From assembly GCA_009103225.1 (NCBI GenBank), contig RHPI01002491.1, forward strand, positions 1 to 64,000: 64,000 nucleotides of DNA, read 5' to 3'. This document shows positions 40,201 to 52,716 of this stretch, piece after piece. Below the pieces are notes generated by a model that ran no database searches, had not been told where the DNA came from, and worked only from the letters and a program-made list of their open reading frames with translations. Each line of letters opens with the position of its first letter. Within the stretch, counting starts at the first letter, position 1. The position numbers were made by a program, and so were the translations under genes. The stretch is from Chlorokybus atmophyticus. Its lineage: Eukaryota; Plantae; Mesostigma and Chlorokybus algae.

Positions 40201-41992
40201 CTCTGTAATCAATGCAAAAACGTTTGCCGCCGTCAGGCTTGTCCACGAGGACCACCTGACTGCACCATTCTGAAGAGGATGGTACAATAAAGCCCTCTTC
40301 CAACATATCTTTGACAAGGTCCTCCACCAAAGTGTGTTCCTGCCGTAAGCGCCTGTACTGTCTGATGTGAACAGGCCTCGCCCCCCTCGTATCAATGACA
40401 TGTTGTACATCGTCAGTGGTTTTTGCAGGATTCGGTGCTTCGAACAGTGCTGCATACTCCGACAGCAGAGCTGACACTCCAGTAGGCGAAACTGGCAGCG
40501 ATTGAGGCCGGACACGTATTGGTACGTGCACTGTTGAGAGTGGGACATGAGCAGCGATAGTGGCAGCACACACAGTAGTTGGTGGGGACAGCGCAGTCTC
40601 CGTGCTGTCAGGAAACCTCAGAGAGTGCGCAGACACACTGCAATCTGTCGCCCTTAGCCAGTCAGTGCCGAGGACCACATCAAATAGCTGTGTTAGCAAG
40701 ATGCGGAACCTCCAACGTTGGGTGTATACCTCTCCAATGATGAGGGTAGCAGAGCAGGCAGTAGCAGATTCGGCGGTGATGTGGCCATCACCAAACTGTA
40801 CAGTAATGCGTGGGGCTGACGTGACCGGTAAGCCAAGCTCGACGGCGAGTGTAGAGGACACTGACGAAATAGAGGAACCGGTGTCCAAGAGAACATTCAC
40901 AGGCTTGCCCTCCAACTTGCCAAAAACGGTGCACACGCCTTTGGCTGCTGCTGTCGCAGATGTCACTGCTTGGATTTTAAAATGAGTGATGAGCGGCGTG
41001 TTCTCCTCGCCGGTAGTAAGCATGGCGTTCTGCTGCATGCGGCGGCCTGCCAAGCGACAATCATTGGCATAATGGCCATATTTGTTGCAATTAAAACATC
41101 GTGGTTCCCCCTGTTGATTGAATTTCGGCATGGGACGCTGCTGTGCATGCTGTCGTGACTGGTAGCCATCATGACGTGACTTGCCACGAATGTGGGAGTG
41201 GCGTACGTTGCCGCCACTGTTGGCAACAAATCGGCGTGGCTGTGAGCGGTGAAACTGACTGTGGGGTCTTGGAGCAACTGACTGTGCATTTAAAGTCACT
41301 TTGGGCAACTGACTAGGCTGTAAATCATTAATTGTTGCTTCTACCCTCCTTGCTATTGTAAAAGCTTCCTCCAATGTGTTAGCTTGAGATGTTGCTGCTC
41401 TGTCTCTATAATGTGGCTTGACGGTGGCCCAAAGCAAACCAATTCTGGTCTTTTCTGTCAAACTATCATCTGCAAACACTAGGGTCTCATTAAAGCGCAC
41501 AAAATACTCGGTGACCGTCTCCTGTTCACGTTGCTTCATGGCGAAGATATGTGACCATGCTGAGGCGGATGTAGCTGGTGTTGCCAAAAAGGCAAAAAGT
41601 AATGCATCACGGAGCTTGGACCAGGTGGTTTTAATGTCAATGGGTTGGTTAATGAACCAACCAGCGGCAGTACCAGTTAGTAGAAGGGAGACCTCGCGGC
41701 ACTTGTCGGCGTCGTCCCATCCATGTTACTCGGCGTACTGGCTGACCTCGGCAAGCCAGTGTCGTACTTCCTTGGTGCGATCGCCTGAAAACTTGTCAGG
41801 CCGGGCGCGTCGGTCGCGGCCTGCCTGCTGCTGAGCCGCGGACTGTGCGGCGGTACTGGGGTTTGTCGCCGACAGGTGCTCAAGCCTGTCAACAATGCGG
41901 TCGAGGACGCCCGCCATGGCGGCGGACGCCGAGTCTGCTTCAGGAGGGGTCACGTTGCCTTCGGCGGCTCGGCCGCGTGTGTTATGCGCCAT
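37296..41992 (-). pseudogene. Family A gag-pol, disrupted (in-frame stop near 41726, frameshifts near 39430 and 38280)
   Basis: ORFs 41726..42118, 39440..41587, 39079..39405, 38266..38850 and 37296..38291; integrase HHCC, DDE and GPY module present; no chromodomain seen. Confidence 0.93.
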
Positions 41993-42138
41993 GAAGGTCA
42001 ACGTTGACTGAAAATAAAGATATAATGCCGGAGCCGGTAACAGAAAAAAAAATATAAAATCGGTGACAATATATAACTGAATTGTCGTAAGCAGGGGCGG
42101 TGAGTGGTGAAAAGGCACTCAATCCGCGTCTTCACCAA

Positions 42139-42219
42139 TGTAATGTCGGCACTCACTATAACGGTGGCATCTCACATGCATATAGCAAGCCACACTGAGC
42201 AGGTGATAATAAGCATTGC
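42139..42219 (-). repeat. Family A 5' LTR remnant (about 80 bp)
   Basis: Near-identical to 36996-37075, then jumps to the distal copy of the internal repeat GATAATAAGCATTGC. Confidence 0.9.
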
Positions 42220-43585
42220 AATCATTCAAAGCGACAACGGCAAGGAGTTTGTGAACAGCGAAGTGCAAGACCTGCTAACATGCTACAATGTTGAGAACGT
42301 AAACTCCGCTGCTTACCACCCACAGACCAATGGGTTGGTGGAGAGGATTAATGGAACGGTGAAGCTAGCACTGTACAAAAGCATGGTGGGAGATCGCTGG
42401 GAGCAAAACTTGCAATAGGTGCTGTTCACCTACCGTGTAACAAAGCAACGCAGCACCCGCGTAACGCCATTCAAAATGGTGTATCACAGAGAGCCCAAGC
42501 TTCAGCTCGACAACGTTGTCAACAACGTGGAGGTGGAGGAGCTAGACTATGCAGCAATGGAAGATGCAGACTTGGCTACTCTTCTATTGCTTGATCGCAG
42601 TGAGTCAGTGAGCAAGCTGTATGGTCGTGCCCTCGTGAACATTAAGCACGCTCAGCAAAGGCAAATTGAGGAGTTTGCAAGAAGAAAGCAACCACTTGAC
42701 TTAACACAGATGGAGTGATTGCAGGTGGGGCAGCCTGTGATGCTGAGAACTGGTCCAAAAGCAGCGGGCTCTGCCGGCAATTGGAAGGGAGGTTATGTGA
42801 TTAAAGAAGTATGCAATACGGCGAAAACAACCATCTTGATTGAGCACGTGACTTCTCTGAAGCAGGAGACAGTGAATGTGGAGAGAATTACCCCCTTCAA
42901 AGTGAGGGGTGCAGCTGACGCTGCAAATAGGGCCTGAGTAGGCCCACATGGGCCTTCCGCGGTGCCATAATTCGCAAGCCGCGCGAAGTTATGGTAACCG
43001 TCGGATTGAATCGACGGCCTAGCGAGTCGCGGCTGACAACAGCAGAAAAAGGTCCGATATTCGGCCGAAATGTACAAAAGCAAATGGGAAATAGATGGCT
43101 ACAACCGGCTGACCGGTCAGCGGGCTGAAAAGGCCCAACCTCGTCTTTTGAGGTTGCCAGTGCAGCGGCACTGGTCAGCGGCGGCGGCAGCGGTGGAGCA
43201 ACCACTGGTCAGCCAAGAGCGGCGGCGACGAGTGACGTCGGTGGGGCGTCGCGTCAGCTCGGCCTGTGTGCCATCACCACACAGGCAGGAAGGGGAGGGG
43301 CCTCAGTCGGCAGCGGCGCGCATCACCTGCCGACAGATAGTCTGGGCTGAACTACCAAGCCAGGATGAGCAGTGATGGGTTGGCTGTGATGTGGCTGTGA
43401 TGGCTGAGGGCGTTGTGATGGGACCGGAGACGTGGGGCGTGGCAGTCACAGTGTCGTCGCGTCATCATTAATCCAGTTAGTAATCATAGTCAAGTCAAGC
43501 TTGTGACAAACTGCACAGCTGACTGAGCAGCCAGATAATCATCACACATGCCTTGAAAAGGGCTCATTAAGGACGTTTGTGGAGC

Positions 43586-45391
43586 ATGGCGCCTTCACAA
43601 AAAGGCAACAGTGAGTTCAGGGGGCGCCCAGAGTATCCACAAGGTGTTCCTGCCAGGTTGTACAACACCATACCCCGTCACAAGTCAGCCAACAACGCCC
43701 CTGAGAGATTAACTTGGGTGAATGGCTGGAGGCAAGCTTGTGGGTTGGAACCCTTGTACTCACGCATGCCAGACAATGACGATGGTGTGGAGTACTCACC
43801 CCCACCGTCAAAGGAGCATGCTCCATTCTTCTGGGACGACAAGAAAAAGAAGGTTACACGAGAAGCACTGAAGTTCGCTTATAAACCTGACAGCACCTCT
43901 GCTCAACTGGTACGACCTAATAGTAGCAAAGCAGCTATGAAACGCAAACAAAAGCTACAACAGTTTATGGGATTTGAGTTTATGCACCGGCCTACTGTTG
44001 TTATGGGAGGAATCTTGCTGCATGGTCGTCAGCGGCATTCAGAACCTATGTACACACCACCTGCACGTATTACTGGATTGCACGAAGGCATGCGGCATCA
44101 ACTATTGCCCTCTCAACATGACCAGAGCGATGATGAATCGGAACTTGTGTTGGGTTTGAGCACGACCATTGATGAGATGCTAGCGGAGAGCAGTGAGGAG
44201 CAACAACATTCACTAATTGTAACAAGTTGGGAGAGCTGTGGTTATTTTAAACTCTTAACAGAGCAACAAACCATCAATCAACAACCACTTGCGATTGATG
44301 ATACTGTGGTTTTGGGGCAGATTCCTAGCCAGGAAGCACAGGAGGCCATCCGGAAGCTACCCCAGCCCACACCAAGCTCTCAACCCACTCACTCCGCTTC
44401 ACAAGACGCTGTGGATTATGAGGAGAGCAGCTCTGCTGCCGAGCAGCTTGCTGCCGACACAGCAGGCAGCGTGGACCAGCCGCTGCCTGGGGCGGAAGCT
44501 GCTGAGGAAGTTTGCGCGGAACTTTTTGTGCCCAGGCTGGAAGTTTATGAGGAAGTTTGCAAACATTTCCTGCTGATACGGAAGTTGATTTGGATGATGG
44601 GAGTTTTTGTACCTGTTGCGGAAGTTGCTGCGGAAGTTGCTGCGGAGAAGGCCGGCGAGGGCAAGGAGGAAGATGAGGACGTGGTGGTTGTAGAAGCGCC
44701 GGTGGAAAAACTCCCATCATTTGTTCGGAAGCGTCTCGTGCGCCTCGGCAGTCAGGTCCCAGATGCAACCTTGTCTGCAAAAGCGGAAGTCCCAATTACA
44801 TCCCCATTGGCGATTGTAGCGGTCCCAGAACCGTCTCCGCCTGCACTTGAGTCCCAAAGCGTACCCAAGGAGCAGTCCCAACCCCGCTCGGAGATGGAGA
44901 ACATGTTCAACGCCCTCAAGGGGTACATAGACAAGGCGGTGAAGGCAGGGCTAGCGGCCGTTGCTCAGGATGGACCAAAATCAACACCGGTCGGGACTAC
45001 TGATCCGGCTTGCAAAGATCAGTACCGCAAGACTGAACCCGATCCAACGGATCAACAAACCTACAAAGATCAGGTGGCTTGCAAAGATCGTTCCCGCTCA
45101 CCACTCCGGCGGCGCTCAGTGGATCGCGGTCGCGACCGCTCCCCTCGGGGCAGGTCGCCGCGAGGCAGGCGGTCACCAGTGCGTACCAAGGCAACTCGAG
45201 GCAGGTCGCCGCGGCACTGGTCGCCAGTACGGGCGCGTACGCCACGTCGTTACGGCAAGTCGCCGATGCACGCCCCTGCAAAGGAGGTGGCGGCGCCATC
45301 GACGGCTGTAATGGAGTCAGCACCAACGGTCATGAACAACTTTCCCTGGACGCGGGGACCATTAACCAATATGGCTCCAACCAAGGCGTAA
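43586..45391 (+). CDS. Extra 601-aa ORF of Gypsy B (copy 1) between integrase and PPT; acidic/Pro-rich middle, RS/SP-rich C-terminus
   Basis: Intact long ORF with the same length as copy 2; no family recognised. Confidence 0.75.
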   Translation: MAPSQKGNSEFRGRPEYPQGVPARLYNTIPRHKSANNAPERLTWVNGWRQACGLEPLYSRMPDNDDGVEYSPPPSKEHAPFFWDDKKKKVTREALKFAYKPDSTSAQLVRPNSSKAAMKRKQKLQQFMGFEFMHRPTVVMGGILLHGRQRHSEPMYTPPARITGLHEGMRHQLLPSQHDQSDDESELVLGLSTTIDEMLAESSEEQQHSLIVTSWESCGYFKLLTEQQTINQQPLAIDDTVVLGQIPSQEAQEAIRKLPQPTPSSQPTHSASQDAVDYEESSSAAEQLAADTAGSVDQPLPGAEAAEEVCAELFVPRLEVYEEVCKHFLLIRKLIWMMGVFVPVAEVAAEVAAEKAGEGKEEDEDVVVVEAPVEKLPSFVRKRLVRLGSQVPDATLSAKAEVPITSPLAIVAVPEPSPPALESQSVPKEQSQPRSEMENMFNALKGYIDKAVKAGLAAVAQDGPKSTPVGTTDPACKDQYRKTEPDPTDQQTYKDQVACKDRSRSPLRRRSVDRGRDRSPRGRSPRGRRSPVRTKATRGRSPRHWSPVRARTPRRYGKSPMHAPAKEVAAPSTAVMESAPTVMNNFPWTRGPLTNMAPTKA

Positions 45392-45718
45392 TGACAGCGC
45401 GGGAGGAGGTAACAGGTACTGCAAGGTCAATTGGGCCATTGTGGTGGAGGCCAGGGGCAGGAAGATTGGCATCAACGGCAAGAGCGGCTTCCACCCCATT
45501 ACCATGTAGTTGCCACATGATGAGAAGTATTCGTATTACACAATCCATGTCGCGGCAATGAGGGAGAACCCGGAGGGTATTGTGATCGCTCTGCAGCCAG
45601 GACCAGTGCGGCAACCCCAGCAGCCTGTGACTATGTCATTTCCGACATTTTCTGACTTCATGTGACATAGTAAAACCCAGGTGGGTTTTTATGTTAGTGG
45701 GGAGGGGCTTTTCACAGC

Positions 45719-46334
45719 TGTGGATACCGAACGGGTGCCCGTTGCAAATGGAGTGATCGGGCCGCGTGGCTCAATCACACGACAACAACGAAGCGTCGTG
45801 CGCGGAGCGCGAAGGCCGTCCGATGAAGGGCGGTGATGAAATGCTACATCAACGGCGAATAGGTGTTGATGTAGTTAAATAAATGTTGGTTATTTATTTA
45901 ACCATGTGACGGCATAATAAATCAGTTAGCCACGGGTCTTACTACAGAAAATGACTGTAATTAACTAGAGAGGATGCCCTAGTGTGGCTATACTAGCATG
46001 TAGTAGTTGCATTGTTAACCAGATAGTGGTTGATAAGTTCATTTGTTATTGCATGCATAGCTGGATAAGACCAGTGACAAGGGTATAAAAGCAGTTCTTG
46101 GGCTCAGTCATAAGGTAGCCCGGGAGCCGCCATCACTTCAAGCATCTTACATACAAGAATGTCTTCTGAACTTGACTGAATGATGCATGGCGTGCATGTG
46201 AATGACAAAATGAATGTTGCTCATTGCCTCCCCGGGTGGGCATGAGCGGTGGTTTTTTTGTGCTAACATTTTGCACAGGCAATCCACGAGAGGGCGGTGG
46301 TGACTGCGCCACCACCGGTCACTCGCCGGCTTTT
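45719..46334 (+). repeat. Family B middle (shared) LTR, 616 bp, ending GGCTTTT with no CA
   Basis: Preceded by PPT AGTGGGGAGGGG plus CTTTTCACAGC; TATA-like GTATAAAA near 46083; followed directly by the PBS. Confidence 0.88.
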
Positions 46335-46346
46335 TGGTATCGGAGC
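46335..46346 (+). promoter_or_regulatory. Family B primer-binding site TGGTATCGGAGC (tRNA-iMet type)
   Basis: One mismatch to the plant iMet PBS TGGTATCAGAGC. Confidence 0.85.
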
Positions 46347-47126
46347 CGGTCACTGGGCCAGTTAGGCCGGTAGCAGAAGGTTTCACTGTGCAAAACCGGT
46401 CAGGATTCGGCGGCGGCAATGGTAATTAACGAGCATTTGCAGCGCAATTCAACGAATTGCAAAGAACATTTTAGCGGCTGCTGTGTTGCATTCCAACGAA
46501 CATTTGTGGGCTACAATTTGTGAATTGCAAAAACGCGTTTTTAGGAAGCTACAATTGACGTTACAATCACGTTTTGGAATTGTGCGGGAACTGGCCCGTT
46601 CAGTTTGGAATTAAGAAAGAAAAACCTTAATTCAGATGCCATTAAGTGAGTAAGATTTGCGCGTTGGCGGTCGTTTTTGCTCGCGAGCAAGCGGCGCGGC
46701 GGCGGCAAGTGGCGTGACGGGAAGTGTGACGACGCGTTTTATGTGTGACGTGACGCCGAAGGGTTAGCAGAGTGACGCTGTTCTCCGGCCTACTCACCCT
46801 TGAGAGACCAAGGACTTGGAGGAAAGTACTGCAAAAACAGAAAATACACCAACAACACAAGAAAACAAGCAAATCAAATCCTGTGGGGAGAATTAATTTG
46901 ATAGAATTACTTGCCTCACGCTGAGGTGAAGGGAGTAACTGCAGACTCTGCCAGCAGTGCTCCATAATTTATCAATTAATTCCTTTGGGCCTGCCATAAA
47001 CAAAAAAAGCAAACAACAAAAATTGAAGACCGCCCACTCAACAAATCGGGGCGGCGTGAGAACCCTCAGCTGAGTTTAAGTGAGGGGGTGGGACCAGCAA
47101 CAAGGAAGAAAAAACAGAAGGACACA

Positions 47127-50100
47127 ATGGCGGGGGAAAACACAGCAAGAGTAATGCTGCCATCGCCAAAGCTTACCACCTTTCATGGTCGGCTGAATGA
47201 GGATGTTATAGCATGGCTACAGCATGTAGAGATGATGGCCAAGGTCTATAACTGGGATGAGGAGGTTACGTACAAGTTGGCTGCCACGCATCTGAGGGAT
47301 GAGGCACAAACTTGGTACATGACTCGGCAAGTCAGCACGTGGGACGCATTACAAGTTGATATGAGAGAGCGCTTTGACGTTGGGGACCCCAGTATCTACA
47401 TGAATGAGTTGCATGTAAAGACACAAGGGCCCAACGAGAGCGTGCGCACTTATGATGACCATCTGGAGAAGCTCATGGACCGTTTAGGAGGAGAGTTTTC
47501 AAAGCCTTGGAAGAAAACGCGCTTTATACAGGGCTTGAGGCTAGATTTACGTGAGAAGGTCATAAACAGAAGGCCTGAGGAGTTGGAACAAGCCATAAAT
47601 GATGCAGTATACTTTGAAGGCATTATGCAGGCCGCGCAGGTTGGCAAAGATCAAGCTGCGACAAAAGAGTCATCCGCTATGGCAGAGTTGCAAAAGAAAA
47701 TGGGTGCCATGATGAAGCAGATGGCTGAACAAACGGTGCATCTGGCAAGAGTGGTAACTCACGCGCAGCAACCCGGGAGGTAGCAACAAGCTCTCGCAGA
47801 CAAAGGGGGAGTCAGACCTGACACCCGATCTTGCTATTATTGTCACAAGGCGGGCCACATCAAGCCTTATTGTCCGCAATGGGCAGCAGACACGGCCAAA
47901 GACACACAGCTAACAATGGCAACACCAGGCAATGTGGTTGGGTAAAGCTCAAAAGTGTCGATGGTGGTGGCAATGAGTGACAACGATGATGAGATAGGGG
48001 CAGTTAGCACAGTGTCTGAGCCTGTAGGGCTACCTGCCACTACCGCTGCGCACCTGACGCCGACCTCGAGTACAAGGGTTTAGCAACAGCGTACAGGACC
48101 TAACGAGGTGACAGCTGTGTGGACAAAGCCTGCAGTGAAGGTGCACACTACACCACAAGTGGCAAAAGGGGAGAACTATGATGTGCTTGAGCAGTTGGAC
48201 TACGTTACTGCCAAGATCTCCATCAAACAGCTGCTGAAAGTAAGTCCTCAACACAGGCAGCAGATGGCAGCATACCTCAAAAGGCTTGAGGGAAGTGATA
48301 CGCACGTGGTGCAAATGACAGAGGGTGTGGAGCATACCGCGATGTACGCCACCGTTAGCATTTTGGGCCGAGAGGTAGAGGCGGTAATTGACACGGGGGC
48401 ATCGTGCACAGTGATGGGCATAACCCTGGTTGGGGAATTGGGGCTGCGCGGAATGATGCAAGCCACAAGAAGGATTATAAGGGTGGCCAACGGTGACAAG
48501 TGTGCCTTTTTGGGAGTGCTCGAGGAGCTCCCCATCACTATTGGAGGGGTTACGGAAGTTGTGCGCGTGAACGTTAGCCCCTCCACAATGGACGACTTGC
48601 TGATTGGCACGGATTGGTTAACTCAGAGTGGAGCAACCCTATCGTTTGCAGAGAAGCGCATGACCTTTCCGAAAGGGATAGACGCAGATGGCGCATTATT
48701 GTCCTTCACCTCAGCTGACAATCATGTCTTGAGGACAGCACAGCCTCAGAAGGTTATGACCGTGCAAGAGCTCCCCATCAACACAGCGTTGCCTGATTCC
48801 GAACGAGAGCAGGTGGCGGCGTGGCTCAGCAAGTATGATGACCTGTTTGCTACCAAGCCCGAGTTTATACTTGGTGACAAAGTGCCAGGCACAAACGTAG
48901 TCACGCATGTCATTGACACTGGAGATGCACGGCCCATTGTGCAAAAAGCATACCGCACATCACGTGCTGAAGATCAGCAGATTGAGGAAGAGGTTGTGCA
49001 CATGCTAAAGGCTGGCATTGTGAGTCCCTCGTCAAGCCCGTGGTCTTCGCCAATTGTGATGGTGCCGAAACCGAATGGTTGAGGTTGGCGGCTTTGCATT
49101 GATTACCGCAAACTCAATGAGGTCACAAAGAAAGACAGATTCCCCGTGCCCCGATGTGACGACATTTTTGATAATGTGGGCAAGGCCAAGTACTTCAGCA
49201 AGTTGGACTTACTGGCAGCCTAACATCAGGTGTGGGTCGAGCCGCGTGATCGCGAGAAGACAGCGATTGTGACCAAGACAGGCCCGTACGAGTTCAACAC
49301 CATGCCTTTTGGCTTGACCAACGCACCAGCCACCTTTCAAAGGCTAATGACGCAGATGTTGAAGAAGCACATTGAGAAGTTTGTACTGGTGTTCTTTGAT
49401 GACATCATGGTGTACTCTAGTACCTTTCAGGAGCACATGCAGCACCTGGACTTGATCATGCAAGCTTTGCGCGAAGCGCAGCTAGTGGCGGCGATGGAAA
49501 GTGCAAGTTCGCCATGTTTGAGGTTGACATGCTCGGACATGATCTGATGGAGAATGGTGTAAAGCCACAAGCCAGCAAAATCAAGGCAGTGCAAGAGTTC
49601 CCGGTTCCAACCACACAAACACGCGTACGCCCCTTCCTAGGGTTGGCCTCATACTACAGGCGGTTTGTGGAGAATTTCTTACAGAAGGCACAGCCGCTCA
49701 CCGAATTGACATCAAGTGCAGTGTCCTTTGTGTGGGGAGCAACTCAGCAGCAAGCTTTTGATGAGCTGAAGAATGCGTTGACGACAGCTCCAGTGCTAAG
49801 CAGGCCAGACCTGGACTTGCCATTTGTGGTGATGACGGATGCTTCAGACTATGCCTTAGGAGCTATATTGTCACAACGTATGGACAACAAGGAGCATGTT
49901 GTTGCTTATGCAAGCCGGATGCTCAACAAGACAGAGCGAAACTACAGTGTGACGGAGATAGAGTGCCTCGCCATTGTGTGGAGTGTGGAGATGTGGAGGC
50001 ACTACTTACATGGCACAACCTTTACAGTTGTGACGGACCATCGTCCGCTAAAGTGGCTGATGACCACAGCTGACCCTACGGGTAAGCTCACCCGGTGGTC

Positions 50101-52073
50101 CCTCAAGTTGCAGGAGTATGACTTTGAGGTTGAGTATTAGCCTGGGAAGAACCACGATCATGTGGATGCTCTGAGTCGCAACCCCCCGGACTTGTACACG
50201 GCCGAGGAGGAAGTTGTGCAGGTCGGTGAGTTGGCTGAGGCCGCCCCTGAGGATAACGTCATGCAACCATATCCTACAGAGGAGGTAATGCCTGAGTTGG
50301 AGCCTGTAGATCTTGGTGAACAGACGGGAGAGTTGGCTGAACCTGCCCTGGAGGATGAAACCATTCAGACTAACATTCGAGGAGAAGTGATGCCTGAATT
50401 GATGCAGATGGTGAACCTGCCAGACACAGCTCATTGGAATACAACCATACACCCCGAATCTGAGGGGGAGGTGGTGCAGGAGTTGATCGCAGTAACGGCG
50501 GCGCCGGAAGCAGCAGGCGCTCAAGCAAGTATTACACCTGTGTGGCAATATGTGCCAGTCGTTGACGGTGCCAATGAAGTCTGTGAGCCATGCACTGCAA
50601 TAGGCCACGCAGCACCTGTGGCGGACATAATGACAGACGCATATTTGGCTCAGGAGAGCCAAGATGTTGAAGGGGAGGACACAGTTGAGGCTTTAGCAGC
50701 AGTGCAAGCCTTACCCCCACAAAAATCGTTTTCATCTAAGCCAATTGAGGATGTGATGGATGATAAGAGGTTATTGACCTTCTTGAAAGACTCTTCCAGC
50801 ATCACTGCGCTGCCAAAAAAGGAAAGACGACGAGTGCGCAAACGAGCAAAGGCGTATGTGATGAAGGGCAGCGAGGTCTGGACAAGACCTGTGAGACAAA
50901 GCAAGCGGAAGCACAAGGATGATGATGAGCAATGGCAAGCGGTGAGTCGCAGAGTTCCATCCAAGAACTTGAGGCAAGGGCTCATTGTAATGCATCACGA
51001 CAAGATGCACCACCCAAGTGCCGGCAAAGTGCTTGAGATGTTGCGCCCTCGATTCTTTTGGTCGAGAATGACCGAGGAGGTGACAGAGTTTGTAAACTCT
51101 TGCCAGAGCTGCCAAGAGCACCGTCGTACATTGCGTGAGCCTGCCCCGCTGCACCCTATCAAGGTGACCAGTGAAGCCTTTCACAGAGTGGGGATTGATC
51201 TGATCGGGCCTCTGCCAGCGACTGCGAAGGGCAACAAGTACATTGTCATGGCCATTGATTACCTCACCAAGTGGGTGGAGGCAAAGGCTATTCCATCAAA
51301 AAAAGGCACACATATTCGCCAGTTCATACTTGAGGACATTATCTGTCGTCATAGTGTGCCTGCAATCATTCAAAGCGACAACGGAGTTTGTGAACAGCGA
51401 AGTGCAAGACCTGCTGTCATGCTACAATGTTGAGAACGTAAACTCCGCTGCTTACCACCCACAGACCAATGGGTTGGTGGAGAGGATTAATGGAACGGTG
51501 AAGCTAGCACTGTACAATGGGTTGGTGGGAGATCGCTGGGAGCAAAACTTGCAACAGGTGCTGTTCATCTACCGTGTAACAAAGCAACGCAGCCCCCGCG
51601 TAGCGCCATTCAAAATGGTGTATCACAGAGAGCCCAAGCTTCAGCTCGACAACGTTGTCAACAACGTGGAGGTGGAGGAGCTAGACTATGCAGCAATGGA
51701 AGATGCAGACTTGGCTACTCTATTGCTTGATCGCAGCGAGTCAGTGAGCAAGCTGTATGGTCGTGCCCTCGTGAACATTGAGCACGCTCAGCAAAGGCAA
51801 ATTGAGGAGTTTGCAAGAAGAAAGCAACCACTTGACCTAACACAGATGGAGTGGTTGCAGGTGGGGCAGCCTGTGATGCTGAGAACTGGTCCAAAAGCAG
51901 CGGGCTCTGCCGGCAATTGGAAGGGAGGTTATGTGATTAAAGAAGTATGCAATACGGCGAAAACAACCATCTTGATTGAGCACGTGACTTCTCTGAAGCA
52001 GGAGACAGTGAATGTGGAGAGAATTACCCCCTTCAAAGTGAGGGGTGCAGCTGACGCTGCAAATAGGGCCTGA
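47127..52073 (+). pseudogene. Family B gag-pol with several nonsense mutations and frameshifts
   Basis: Gag LPSPKLTTFHG..; CYYCHKAGHIKPYC lies after the TAG at 47781; protease is in the same frame; RT, RNase H and integrase pieces in ORFs 48108-52073; 5-nt deletion near 51385. Confidence 0.93.
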
Positions 52074-52716
52074 GTAGGCCCACATGGGCCTTCCGCGGTG
52101 CCATAATTCGCAAGCCGCGCGAAGTTATGGTAACCGTCGGATTGAATCGACGGCCTAGCGAGTCGCGGCTGACAACAGCAGAAAAAGGTCCGATACTCGG
52201 CCGAAATGTACAAAAGCAAATGGGAAATAGATGGCTACAACCGGCTGACCGGTCAGCGGGCTGAAAAGGCCCAACCTCGTCTTTTGAGGTTGCCAGTGCA
52301 GCGGCACTGGTCAGCGGCGGCGGCAGCGGAGGAGCAGCCACTGGTCAGCCAAGAGCGGCGGCGACGAGTGACGTCGGTGGGGCGTTGCGTCAGCTCGGCC
52401 TGTGTGCCATCACCACACAGGCAGGAAGGGGAGGGGCCTCAGTCGGCAGCGGCGCGCATCACCTGCCGACAGATAGTTCGGGCTGAACTACCAAGCCAGG
52501 ATGAGCAGTGATGGGTTGGCTGTGATGTGGCTGTGATGGCTGAGGGCGTTGTGATGGGACCGGAGACGTGGGGCGTGGCAGCCACAGTGTCGTTGCGTCA
52601 TCATTAATCCAGTTAGTAATCATAGTCAAGCTTGTGACAAAGTGCACAGCTGACTGAGCAGCCAGATAATCATCACACATGCCTTGAAAAGGGCTCATTA
52701 AGGACGTTTTTGCAGC

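Larger units (their letters stand above)
36996..42219 (-). mobile_element. Ty3/Gypsy LTR retrotransposon, family A (canonical ends; 5' LTR partly deleted)
   Basis: Domain order Gag-CCHC-PR(LLDTGSS)-RT(YLDDIL)-RH-IN. PBS-like TGGTGAAGACGCGG one base after CA (42123-42137). PPT AAGGAGAGGG before the 3' LTR. Confidence 0.95.
42217..46334 (+). mobile_element. Gypsy family B, copy 1: 5'-truncated (integrase 3' half, extra ORF, shared LTR)
   Basis: Closely similar to 51360-55467 but carries independent lesions, e.g. intact SDNGKEF and its own stops at about 42416 and 42716. Confidence 0.93.

Noticed and set aside
42897-43375. REM1-like antisense PHD/chromodomain ORF downstream of B integrase
   Set aside because: Only short ORFs of about 100 aa without PHD or chromodomain motifs are present, and no chromodomain follows any integrase here.
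43586-45391. env gene
   Set aside because: No signal peptide, furin site or convincing transmembrane anchor is visible.
47775-48095. Programmed stop-codon readthrough in B gag (TAG-CAA contexts at 47781 and about 48081)
   Set aside because: The context is not the full CARYYA signal. One stop precedes the CCHC knuckle, and the same frame has several other stops, so nonsense decay is simpler.
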